A stretch of DNA of 63,290 nt, the filler included, from an uncultured bacterium (lineage in GTDB: Bacteria; Auribacterota; CAZIXI01), in NCBI GenBank assembly GCA_964543115.1. It is 3 parts of 3 records of this genome, joined end to end, with 100 filler letters (N's around TTAATTAATTAA, not from the genome) between each part and the next. Parts side by side here need not be neighbours in the genome. Positions count along the whole stretch, not along the records: positions 42,974 to 63,290 come from CAZIXI010000032.1; 2 more parts are not named here. One strand, 5' to 3'. Numbering within the stretch: the first letter of the stretch is position 1; every line of letters begins with the position of its first letter. The notes beneath the pieces are model-generated. The model saw only the letters and a program-made list of their open reading frames with translations. It had not been told where the DNA came from and searched no databases. Positions 50,401-59,085 of this stretch are shown here, in pieces. A program made the translations under genes and the position numbers.

Positions 50401-51130
50401 GCTCACCGCTGGAACCGGTCCACATATTGGCGGCCAGATCCGGATGATTATAATCTACACCGGTATCAATTACCGCGATCACCACGGCGCTTGAACCTGT
50501 GGTAATCGACCAGGCCTCCGGCGCGTCTATATCAGCGTCACTAACACCTCCGGTCTGCCCGGTATTATGCAGTCCCCACAGGCTTGAATAAGAGGGATCA
50601 TTGGGTGTGGCCAGCGCCTTAACGATATAATCCGGCTCGGCGTATTCAACCAGACCGCTTTGCAGATAGCGCTCAATTGTTTCCTCCGTGCCGGCATTGT
50701 CAGCGATATTTACTTTGTGCACACCTATTTCTTCATATATTTTGTGGACCTGCACTCCGGCAGCGGCGTGGGCACCTCTGACGTTAGCCTCTGAAACATT
50801 ATCCTTAAACTTCACCAGCAGTTTGCCGGGCGTGTATCCCGCGCGGCGAAATTCCCGTTCCAGAGATCGATCGGCTTGAGTGCCGGCAGCGGGTTCAGTC
50901 TGAGCGGCGGCAGCAGTATCAGTAGCTGACTCCACGGTTTGCGTGGCATTATTAATGGTAATTGAGTAAGTTACACTACTACTACCGTTATTGGTAATGG
51001 TTAATTGTTGGGTGGTCACATCCTCAAGCGAGAGTGAAACCGCAGCAAGAGAATCAGGTGTCACATCGATTTCCGCAAAAACACTTAAACTTACTAATAA
51101 ACACAATGCCAATATCGGGAATACTTTCAT
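47408..51130 (-). CDS. Secreted S8 (subtilisin) serine protease with prodomain, FnIII, a carbohydrate-binding-like beta domain and four WYLAEG repeats
   Basis: Signal peptide MKVFPILALCLLVSLSVFA (ATG at 51130). Catalytic triad: VIDTGVD, HGTHCAGT, GTSMATPHVAG. FnIII-like: LAWRATGDDG...YYFAIK. Confidence 0.92.
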   Translation of the reverse strand: MKVFPILALCLLVSLSVFAEIDVTPDSLAAVSLSLEDVTTQQLTITNNGSSSVTYSITINNATQTVESATDTAAAAQTEPAAGTQADRSLEREFRRAGYTPGKLLVKFKDNVSEANVRGAHAAAGVQVHKIYEEIGVHKVNIADNAGTEETIERYLQSGLVEYAEPDYIVKALATPNDPSYSSLWGLHNTGQTGGVSDADIDAPEAWSITTGSSAVVIAVIDTGVDYNHPDLAANMWTGSSGEHGYDFYNGDSDPMDDNNHGTHCAGTIAGVGNNGTGVAGVNWQAKIMACKFLSGGGYGSTSDAIDAVIYAVNNGADILSNSWGGSGFSQALKDAVEYANTNNVLFVAAAGNSGTDNDSSPQYPASYDCDNVISVAATDHSDGLAYFSCYGAASVDIGAPGVDIYSTIPGSSYDTYSGTSMATPHVAGVAGLVLAQNSDYDDDQIKESILNGAEPISSLSGKCVTGGRLNAYRSLNASNDTTVPATINPLVVAGVGYQSVTLAWRATGDDGNSGTGSSYDIRYSTSEITAANFADATQATGPSPVAAGTMATYAVSGLSESTLYYFAIKLLDEAANASDISNTVSATTTSGTLIFSDDMESGGGNWTASSGSLWHISRHRYSSFAKSWYYGTEGIWNYNTGLNKNSGSLVSTQIDLSSVTDCSLSFKYWREVEYYASKNYDVTSVKVSYDNTTATVWYKSSDDASAKQWTNSGTIDLQDYAGKTIQLQFEFDTVDYYYNSYEGWFLDDIQVYGTTAGTDWLSFSPNTGTLAAGESAVVTIYYNGHVAPGTYTCTLDITTDDASQSAISLPVTMTVAGMASSIWYLPEGCTDGFDEYVLIMNPYNFDATVQVTFLLPDGSTQVQQVTVPATSRYTIYVNDSIPASSVSTIVQSLNGIPVIAERAMYWNVGSIEWEGGHCTIGLTSLSTEWYFAEGCTDNFDEWILIVNPNGLATSGTATFMFPDGTTSAHDFTVGANSRYSIHVNDHVSADSVSVKIETDLSTAAERAMYWNSYGVSWIDGHVAPGVASPAKEWYLAEGSTDGFDEYVLIMNPNAEPALVEVTFMLDSGSNYSQSIIVSPTSRYTVNVNSYIWRRSVSTRVVADQNVVAERAMYWNVSGWPWRGGHLSPGTTSAGTVWTLAEGATSGTFDEWVLIMNPGSETADVIVTFMTTSGENVSENISIAPNSRHTIYVNDYVANDSVSTKILSLNNVPVIAERAMYWDSSSGRNWAGGHVSVGTQ

Positions 51131-51511
51131 TTTTGCCCCCAGGTGGCCCGGCTGCCATATTCTCAAACGAGAACTTAGGCTCGCGGCTTTGCCTCCAGTA
51201 CAAGCATGAAGCTTCTTCTGGAGCTCGTGGGTGTCACGAGGCCACTGTCTTTAGACAGTTTTGCCGTTTTCTGAAGTATCCGTCAAAGAACTTATCCTCT
51301 GCCCAATGATAATACACGCATATTACATGCCGATTTTTTCAAAAAAACAACAAAAAAACGGCGTTTGTAAGGTAATAATACTGTAGGAGTTATGATGGAA
51401 GGCAATCACTGTTGACATATCTAATCTTTTACGACAGTTCTATTTCGTCGCATTTTCGGACAGAATGGAACAACACCGGCAGGCTACGATTCAAAGCGGT
51501 AACAGCGTAAT

Positions 51512-52204
51512 TTAACTTTTGAGGTAGGCTTTAAAAAAACATTCTATCGAATCTAAGCCGGTTTCCTTTAAAAGCATATTCGTAAAATTAGCATAATTAT
51601 CCAGCACACAAATAGCATTGAGGCCGGCATCGCCCAAGTGAAGATCTCTAATTCTCTTACAAAAATATTCATTCACAATCTTAATATCATCATAAATTTT
51701 AGGCAGCTCCCTTAATTCCCAATCCGGTTTCCGGCCTCTTTTATGCAGGAAATACTGGGCCAGGAGATACATAGAAATCACCCGATAAGTCGTTTCTTTA
51801 ACCGTGGTAAAAGGCAAATGCGACCAGACAAGCGGCCGGAGCTTATCCAGCACCGGACAGCCGCTGGTAACCATATAAACACCGACAAGCGCGCTTAACA
51901 CACTTTGCAGGGATGTTTTCTTCTGAAATACTCTGTTTTCCGTCACAATCTTTACATCGACTTTTTCGTATGATAAAAGAGATTTAGCAAAGTGAATGAC
52001 GTCACTCATGTTCTGAGCAACGGGACACCGCGGGGTAACATCTTCCGTTAACTCACAGTTGGGGCATTGATGAAAAGATAATTTAGCCCACTCCGGATAA
52101 TTTTTCTTTTCAACAGCAACCAGAGCTAACGTGTCATCATCCAGCAAAATCTCATATTCCTTTATATTCCGATCAGAAAAGGTAATCTGATAACTGATTT
52201 TCAT
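51512..52204 (-). CDS. Conserved hypothetical protein (DUF6901-like)
   Basis: QCPNC...CPVA, TSGCPVL, HLPF...ETTYRV.SMYLLAQYF pattern; family name recalled from memory, not searched. Confidence 0.6.
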   Translation of the reverse strand: MKISYQITFSDRNIKEYEILLDDDTLALVAVEKKNYPEWAKLSFHQCPNCELTEDVTPRCPVAQNMSDVIHFAKSLLSYEKVDVKIVTENRVFQKKTSLQSVLSALVGVYMVTSGCPVLDKLRPLVWSHLPFTTVKETTYRVISMYLLAQYFLHKRGRKPDWELRELPKIYDDIKIVNEYFCKRIRDLHLGDAGLNAICVLDNYANFTNMLLKETGLDSIECFFKAYLKS

Positions 52205-52244
52205 AATTTCATACGGCGCCTGATAAGGTGCCTGTCCCCTTTAT

Positions 52245-52736
52245 TTAAAATGATATGCCTAATCTTATATGGCGAATAACATCTCCCGCTTTAATAAAAG
52301 AGCCGTTGCCGCAGCCGGTCACATTACAAAAAGAAACAGCATTATTAAGATCCAGCTCCGGGGTCAGGCCAATAAGAATCATATCGGCGTCACTGCGGCA
52401 ATTGCAGTTGACCAGTGTTTCAAAGATTGTCCCGCAATGCGGACAGTAGAGCTCATCTTTAATCCCTTCCTTTAACTCTCCGGATAAAACCACCTTATCA
52501 AAATCTCCTTCAATCGCGGAAAGCACAAACTCTCCCTCCATTCCCGGCCGCTTAAATTTTATCCTGAGGCCGGGAGCGCCATTAATCTGGTGCTCTTCAT
52601 CAATAATACTGCAGCCTTTCGGGCAGTATGCTTCTTTTATCAGATAGCGCACGTTTTCTTCCTCTTTTTTGTCCGCTTTTTTCTTGCGTTTCCCAATGGG
52701 AATAATCATTCGTCCGTCTTTATTAAACCTTTGCAT
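52245..52736 (-). CDS. Hypothetical Cys-rich protein
   Basis: 163-aa ORF with GGAGG RBS; CPKGC, CPHC, CNC and CNVTGC motifs. Confidence 0.7.
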   Translation of the reverse strand: MQRFNKDGRMIIPIGKRKKKADKKEEENVRYLIKEAYCPKGCSIIDEEHQINGAPGLRIKFKRPGMEGEFVLSAIEGDFDKVVLSGELKEGIKDELYCPHCGTIFETLVNCNCRSDADMILIGLTPELDLNNAVSFCNVTGCGNGSFIKAGDVIRHIRLGISF

Positions 52737-52757
52737 ATCATTACCTCCTTTTATTCA

Positions 52758-53591
52758 CTAACGCCCGCCAAATATATCACTCAAGTCACTGCCCAAATCG
52801 CCTAAACCAGGTTCCCGGACATCTCTTCCTCCGCCACCACCGCCGCTGCCTCCGCCTTCATTTACCCATCTCTCTTGCTCCGCCCGTAGTCGCCTTAGTT
52901 CTTCTTCCCTTTGCTGGCGGGCCGCTGTCTCCCGGCGCTCGCGTTCTACATCCGCCCGGCGCCTGTCCTGTTCCTGCCGCAAACGCTGTCCGGCCTCTCT
53001 CTCCATCCGCTCACGAATAGATTGTTCATAACGACGTTCTTGTTCGCGCAAGCGTTCCTGGGCCGCTTCTTCATCCCGCATCTGTTGACGGACACTCACC
53101 AATTGACTCTCAACATTCGCCAATTCCTCCCGGATGGTGTTTTCCTGGATCTGCCTGAGATTTTCATATCTTTGCGCCGCCTCTACCGCCTGCTGCGCGG
53201 TTATCTGCCCGGTAAAAAGGTTCGAGGTTATCGCCTGCACCACTTGATTTCTGGTCATCCAGAGATTAGGGCCAAGTAAATACACATTATTATCTAGTAT
53301 TGTTTGATAGGTTTCCCGGGACTCCTCAAGAATTCCTTCTCTCTCCCGCAAGCGGCGTGCAGCCATTCCTCCACCACCCCCCGGCGTTCCCTGCTGCTGT
53401 TGCCTGTCTTTAGTATCAATTGCTCTCGCGCTGCTGACCGCCTCCACTAGGGGAATTTGACCGGAAATGAGGTTAGCGGCAAATTCTTCCCGCAGCGCCG
53501 CCGCATCATCACCGGCAAAACAAACAGCGGACAAGAAAGACAAAACCGGTACAGCGAAAAGGCAAACACAAAGACAATTTAATTTACTCAT
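52758..53591 (-). CDS. Secreted hypothetical protein with an E/R/Q-rich coiled coil
   Basis: N-terminal hydrophobic signal; long EQERRYEQ/RRQREEE helix; Gly-rich tail. Confidence 0.72.
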   Translation of the reverse strand: MSKLNCLCVCLFAVPVLSFLSAVCFAGDDAAALREEFAANLISGQIPLVEAVSSARAIDTKDRQQQQGTPGGGGGMAARRLREREGILEESRETYQTILDNNVYLLGPNLWMTRNQVVQAITSNLFTGQITAQQAVEAAQRYENLRQIQENTIREELANVESQLVSVRQQMRDEEAAQERLREQERRYEQSIRERMEREAGQRLRQEQDRRRADVERERRETAARQQREEELRRLRAEQERWVNEGGGSGGGGGGRDVREPGLGDLGSDLSDIFGGR

Positions 53592-53682
53592 TAATTTTTA
53601 CCTTTCATTTCCATAAAAATACTGGTAGAATTTATGCAATAATATTATTTAATTCATTATACCAAATTTATTTTGGATTACC

Positions 53683-55656
53683 ATGAAATTAAACCGTTTT
53701 CTTTCCGCCGGCCTCTTTAGCGCTTTTCTCTTTATCCTGTTTCCCTCCCCGGCCCCGGCCTGGAACTTTCTGGGAGTTGAACCCGGCCAGACCCTCCGCC
53801 AGGAAGCGGAAAAAACCCTAGGCGCCCCGGCAAAAGATCTGGGCAATAATTGCTACCAGTACAGTATTTCCAATAATGCCGGCAATCTTCAATTGAGCGT
53901 TCAATACAACAAAAATATCGTTGATCTGCTGGCGCTGGATTTCAACGCTACTGAATATAAAGCAAAACTTACCGAAAAACAGGCCAGGGAGCTATTCGGC
54001 CTTGAAAAGGAAGGTTTTTCCCGCCCCCTTCCTGAGGGCAGTAAACTGGTGGGATATCAACGGCCCCTCTTTCTGGCCCTGGTACCCGCCGGTAATAAAG
54101 CATCCCTGCCCCTGTCCCAGCTTATCTATTTAAGCCCCCGGCAATACGCCGCCCAGCAGGCGATCGCGCAAAACACCGAATTAGCAGAAACCGGAAAGGG
54201 GCTCTTCCTCACAGAAAAGGATTTTGCGGCCGCCACCAAGTATTATTTCTCTCAGGCGGAAAAATTACGTGACGCTAAAGATTTAGAGGGCGCCTGGCAG
54301 GCGGCCTGGTGGGCCTATGAACTCGCTCCGGAAGAAAAAAAGCACCAGGAATTATCACTCACCCTGGCCGAAAAATTGGGGAAACTGGAAACAGCCAAAG
54401 ATATCCTGCGGCAATTACTCCAGTCGGAACCAAACAACATTAAGTTTCTAGATCAATTGGGAATCATCCTCTGTAAACAAAATAAACTTGAACAGGCAGA
54501 AAAGTCTTTTAATAAAATCCTGGAAATTAGACCAAAGGATGCCCGCGCCCTGTCTCTGCTTGCCTGGATTCGAACCAAGCAAAACAGAATAGACGAGGCC
54601 CTGGACTACATCAACCGGGCGCTGGCGATAATCCCAAATGACGCAATCTGCCTTAACCGTAAAGGCTGCTGTTTGAAAATACAGGGAAAATATGATGAGG
54701 CGCTAAAATTATTCGAACAGGCGGCTAAGGCCAATCCCGCCATGGCAGCACCTTATGTTAACATGGCGGAAATTTATAAAGCACAGGGAAAAGACGAACG
54801 GGCCCTGCAGGCCTACACCAAGGTGCTGGAACTTGACCCGACTGAAGGAAACGCTAATGTATTGGACAATTTCAGGAAGCAGCCGTCGGTAAAAATCAAC
54901 AAAGTCTGGGCTGAACACGGAGCCACGGAGGGAAAAGAGAAAGGCCTCAGAATACACGTGAATTTTCTGGCAAAAAACCTTCAGCATAAAGATCTCTGGG
55001 CGGGAGCATTCTTTTTGGATGATAAGAACAGGCCCGCTCCCTGTAATGACACTACCTATATCGATTCCAATAAAGAGACAAGAATCTACCGGTCGCTTAA
55101 ACCGGGTTTTAAAAAAACGACTTTTAATGATTTCACGCTTTTTATCCCCTACCGCGCCTTTGCCCCGCAGCGGGGGAAGCATAATTATAAATGCGAAGTG
55201 GGCATATTCCAGGGATCCCGCACCCTGGCCAAAAAGGATTTTTCCTTTATCTTCACCCAGTCCGGTGACGCTCCCCGGGCAAATATTCAAAAGATCTGGC
55301 TCGATCATTATGCCCGCCAGGGAAATAAAACAGGTTTATTAATCCATGTTAAATTCCGCATAGAAAACCTTAAAGGCAAGAAAATCGGCATTAACGCCTT
55401 TTTCAACGATAGCAAAGGACAAAAAGTCTTGAGCGCCACTCCCGAATACACCTCCCCTGAGGGCCAGGCAACGATACAGCTGGATACAACACCGGGATAC
55501 GTGGACGCCACCTATAAGGATTTTAAATTATTCTTCCCTTACTATGCTTTTTTTACCTATAAAGGAAAATACGATTATACCTGCAGCATTGAAATTAAGA
55601 ACGGCAATATCTGTTTAACCAAAAAGGGTATTGATTTTCAATTTACCAGGGACTAA
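53683..55656 (+). CDS. Secreted TPR protein with a duplicated C-terminal beta-rich domain
   Basis: Signal peptide ending PAPA; several TPR units; two ~125-aa repeats (KVW.EH...GL.IHV.F...F.DF.LF.PY..F...GK..Y.C). Confidence 0.85.
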   Translation: MKLNRFLSAGLFSAFLFILFPSPAPAWNFLGVEPGQTLRQEAEKTLGAPAKDLGNNCYQYSISNNAGNLQLSVQYNKNIVDLLALDFNATEYKAKLTEKQARELFGLEKEGFSRPLPEGSKLVGYQRPLFLALVPAGNKASLPLSQLIYLSPRQYAAQQAIAQNTELAETGKGLFLTEKDFAAATKYYFSQAEKLRDAKDLEGAWQAAWWAYELAPEEKKHQELSLTLAEKLGKLETAKDILRQLLQSEPNNIKFLDQLGIILCKQNKLEQAEKSFNKILEIRPKDARALSLLAWIRTKQNRIDEALDYINRALAIIPNDAICLNRKGCCLKIQGKYDEALKLFEQAAKANPAMAAPYVNMAEIYKAQGKDERALQAYTKVLELDPTEGNANVLDNFRKQPSVKINKVWAEHGATEGKEKGLRIHVNFLAKNLQHKDLWAGAFFLDDKNRPAPCNDTTYIDSNKETRIYRSLKPGFKKTTFNDFTLFIPYRAFAPQRGKHNYKCEVGIFQGSRTLAKKDFSFIFTQSGDAPRANIQKIWLDHYARQGNKTGLLIHVKFRIENLKGKKIGINAFFNDSKGQKVLSATPEYTSPEGQATIQLDTTPGYVDATYKDFKLFFPYYAFFTYKGKYDYTCSIEIKNGNICLTKKGIDFQFTRD

Positions 55657-55720
55657 ATTCAGGCACCATTCATCTTTTCACATGAATTGCAAAGAAGGAA
55701 AAATAGCAATAAATTTTCAA

Positions 55721-55850
55721 AAACGCAGAGATCGCTGAGTAATCGCAGAGTTCGCAGAGAATTAATTATATAATTATTCAGTCCAAAGCTTCGCTTTGGA
55801 CTGCTATTATAGGAAATTTATAGACTGCGGCCTCTGCGGCCTCTGCGTTT
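55721..55850. repeat. Composite repeat: CGCAGAG/CTCTGCG inverted arms enclosing one hairpin-family unit
   Basis: AAACGCAGAG..TCGCAGAG TTCGCAGAG ... CCAAAGCTTCGCTTTGGACTGCTATTATAGGAAATTTATAGACTGC ... CTCTGCGG CCTCTGCGTTT. Confidence 0.8.
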
Positions 55851-55886
55851 AAATTTATCAGGACAGAAATTAATTGGAGGTGTAAG

Positions 55887-56288
55887 ATGAAAATGAACAA
55901 AGTAGTTTTTTTTCTACTTGTTGTAATGGCGCTTGCTTTTTCTTCTCCGGTCCTGGCCGGAACAGAATACGAAGTTGCCTGTGAAAACAAGGACTGTGGA
56001 TTTACCAGTAAGGTTTCTTTTGGCGGCGGTAAGGCCTTTGACCAGATTACCGGATTCTGTGTTCCCTGCAATGAGTTCACCTATCGCAGCTGGCGGCGTA
56101 ACCTGGAAGCGCCGGCACCAATAGCTGAGATCTGGGATCCCAGCACAGGCGAAATAATTTCGCTCTATGCCTGCCCTCACTGCAAGAAGCCATTTTTACC
56201 AATAAGCGGCATCGGGGCCCTGAAATACTGCCCCGCCTGCGGGCAGGAAACCCTGAAAAGAAAAGCTAAAATCACGATGTATGACTAG
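55887..56288 (+). CDS. Small secreted protein with four Cys pairs (zinc-ribbon-like)
   Basis: Signal peptide ending VLA; CENKDC, CVPC, CPHC, CPAC; GGAGG RBS. Confidence 0.75.
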   Translation: MKMNKVVFFLLVVMALAFSSPVLAGTEYEVACENKDCGFTSKVSFGGGKAFDQITGFCVPCNEFTYRSWRRNLEAPAPIAEIWDPSTGEIISLYACPHCKKPFLPISGIGALKYCPACGQETLKRKAKITMYD

Positions 56289-56297
56289 AAAAAGAAA

Positions 56298-58922
56298 ATG
56301 GATGAACCTTTCTTTTTGCTACACCACAAGCTGAAAGAGCAGTGCGAAAAATACCCTGATAGAGTAATTCTAGAATATTACTCTGCCGGCAGCTACAAAC
56401 CCTACACCTACAGCGACATCTACCAGCGCACTCTTCACTTCAGCAGAGAGCTGACAAAAACATCACCTGAGAAAACCGGAAACATCGCCATCATTGCGGA
56501 TAACTGCCCGGAATGGTTTTGCGCCTACTGCGCCACCTTATTTGCCGGCGGGACAAATGTGCCCCTTGACCCGCAACTCCCCGACCAAGATATTCTGGTC
56601 AGCCTTAAAGATGCCCAAACCAAAACCATATTCACATCCAGTAAATATTCCCAACGCCTGAACTCACTTAAACAGTCCCTGCCCGTGATAGAAAATATTC
56701 TGCTGATTGATGAATTAACCGGCGCACGGGAGGCAGACCTACAATATCCGGAAATTCCCGCCGGGAAGATAGAAGACATCGCCTCACTTATCTACACCTC
56801 CGGCACCACCGCGCTACCCAAAGGTGTAATGCTCACTCATAAAAACCTTTCCGCCAATTATAACAGCATTAAGCAACTCAACCTCGTCGGCGAAGACGAT
56901 ATCCTGCTTTCCATCCTGCCCTTTCATCACAGTTACCCTTTTATGGCCACCCTGCTCTTCCCCCTTCTTTCGGGAGCGAAAACGATTATCGCCCAAACCT
57001 TCAAAGGGGAAGAACTTCTGCGAATAATGCGGGAAAAAGGAGTTAGCATCATGGTCGGGGTCCCCCAACTATATAAAGTATTAAACGATAACATCACCGC
57101 CAAGCTTAAGCAAATTCCTTATCCGCTGAGAATTACCGGCAGGCCGTTTATCCGCAGGAAACTGCGCCGCCAGCTGGGAGCACGGTTCCGTTTCTTCCTT
57201 TCCGGCGGCGCTAAACTGGACGAAAAAGTCGCCCGCAGCATGCTGCGGCTCGGACTGCCGGTGATTGAAGGTTACGGACTGACGGAAACCTCGCCGGTAG
57301 TCACAATGAATCCGGCAAAAAACTTCCGGATTGGTTCAGCAGGCAGAGCGGTTCCCGGTGTTACGATAAAAATCCCAGAAAAGACAGGTGAAATACTCAT
57401 AAAAGGCGAAAACGTCATGCGGGGCTACTACCGTAGACCGGAAGAGACAAATAACGCCATTAAAGACGGCTGGTTCCATTCCGGCGACCTGGGCCATATC
57501 GATAAAGACGGGTATCTATACATCACCGGCCGGCTGAAAGAAATCATCGTGCTTAGTTCAGGCAAAAACATTTACCCGGAAGAACTAGAATCATATTATA
57601 GGCAAATACCTTTCATCAAAGAAATCTGCATTATCGCTAAACCCGCCGGAGAAAAGCCGGAGGCCCCGGAATCTCTCTGGGCGATAATCGTCCCGGACCT
57701 GGAATTTATGCACAAAACCGATTCTGTGGATATCCACAATTCCCTGGATTGGGCGCTTAAAAGCGCCATGGAGCAGCTGCCGCCCTACCGCAGAGTGAGC
57801 GGATTCACCATTATCCGTGAAGAACTCCCACGCACCAGGTTGGGAAAGGTTAAAAGATATGAAGTGGAAAACAAATACCGGCAGGTAGTGTTAAATCAGT
57901 CGCTGACAACTAAACCGGCCGCGCCATTGAGCGCTGAAGATAAAATACTTGCCCGGACACCGCTGGCACAAAATACAATCTCTGCTATTGCCGCCCGGCT
58001 TAAACCGCAAAAAGAGGTCTCCTTAAACGACCACCTGGAACTTGACCTGGGAATAGATTCTCTGGGCAGGATAGAACTGCTGGTAGCGATAGAAAACAAA
58101 TTAGGGATCAAACTTCCTGAACAACTACTCTCGGAATCTTATACGGTAGGAGACCTTATTCTCAAGATCCGCCAGCAGCTGGAATCTTCTCCCGAAAAGC
58201 TTGCTAAGCCGCAAACAGCTGACTGGGCGAAACTGCTCAGCCAGCCGCCGGCGGAAAAACTAACAAAAAATCTCGATCTTTCTCCCGGAACAATTTCCTT
58301 TATCTTAAATTTTATCAGCCTGAAATTTACGTATATTCTATATAGATATTCCTTTTCCGTAAAAGTACTCGGCAAAGAAAATATCCCCCGGTACGGGCCT
58401 TACATTATCTGCTCCAACCACCAGAGTTATCTGGACGGCCCGTTGATCGCCTGCAGCATGCCCTTCCGGCCGGAAATGAACCTGTTCTTTCTCGGGTACC
58501 GCTATTACTTTGAACTTCCGCTGCTGCGTGATATCGTAAAACTGGCCCGGATAATTCCCGTTTCCGTGGGCGCAAACCTTATCGACTCCCTGCGGATCTC
58601 CAGCTACATCCTGAAAAAACATAAATCGCTCTGTATATTCCCCGAAGGCGAAAGATCTCCTGACGGCACGGTGCAAAAATTTAAGAAAGGAATCGGCATC
58701 CTGCTAAAACATACGCCGGTACCCGTTATTCCGGTATCTATCCAGGGAAGCTATTCCGCCTGGCCGGTTTACCGCAAACTCCCCCGGCGCCGGCCAATAA
58801 CAATCACTTACGGTAAACCCATCGCCCCGGAAGAACTTCTTACCAAAAGCCGCCAGCCAAACAACAAAGACACCTATACTTCCATCGCCAATTCTTTACA
58901 AAAAGCATTCTCCTCACAATAA
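56298..58922 (+). CDS. Long-chain acyl-CoA/acyl-ACP synthetase, ACP and lysophospholipid acyltransferase fusion
   Basis: YTSGTTALPKG, EGYGLTETSP, SGDLG (AMP-binding); DLGIDSL (phosphopantetheine site); NHQSYLD, FPEGERS (PlsC). Confidence 0.92.
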   Translation: MDEPFFLLHHKLKEQCEKYPDRVILEYYSAGSYKPYTYSDIYQRTLHFSRELTKTSPEKTGNIAIIADNCPEWFCAYCATLFAGGTNVPLDPQLPDQDILVSLKDAQTKTIFTSSKYSQRLNSLKQSLPVIENILLIDELTGAREADLQYPEIPAGKIEDIASLIYTSGTTALPKGVMLTHKNLSANYNSIKQLNLVGEDDILLSILPFHHSYPFMATLLFPLLSGAKTIIAQTFKGEELLRIMREKGVSIMVGVPQLYKVLNDNITAKLKQIPYPLRITGRPFIRRKLRRQLGARFRFFLSGGAKLDEKVARSMLRLGLPVIEGYGLTETSPVVTMNPAKNFRIGSAGRAVPGVTIKIPEKTGEILIKGENVMRGYYRRPEETNNAIKDGWFHSGDLGHIDKDGYLYITGRLKEIIVLSSGKNIYPEELESYYRQIPFIKEICIIAKPAGEKPEAPESLWAIIVPDLEFMHKTDSVDIHNSLDWALKSAMEQLPPYRRVSGFTIIREELPRTRLGKVKRYEVENKYRQVVLNQSLTTKPAAPLSAEDKILARTPLAQNTISAIAARLKPQKEVSLNDHLELDLGIDSLGRIELLVAIENKLGIKLPEQLLSESYTVGDLILKIRQQLESSPEKLAKPQTADWAKLLSQPPAEKLTKNLDLSPGTISFILNFISLKFTYILYRYSFSVKVLGKENIPRYGPYIICSNHQSYLDGPLIACSMPFRPEMNLFFLGYRYYFELPLLRDIVKLARIIPVSVGANLIDSLRISSYILKKHKSLCIFPEGERSPDGTVQKFKKGIGILLKHTPVPVIPVSIQGSYSAWPVYRKLPRRRPITITYGKPIAPEELLTKSRQPNNKDTYTSIANSLQKAFSSQ

Positions 58923-59085
58923 CAATAATCCATAACAGGAGTCGGGAGTGGCCACTGCACCAGGGGAATTGATTAACAGGTTAATAGAATCACGTTATGA
59001 ATGCCTAACCTAGTTTCAGGAGGTGTCCTCGAAAAACGATCCCATTATAATGGAGAAGAGGACATGGAGTGAGCAAAATATTTAA

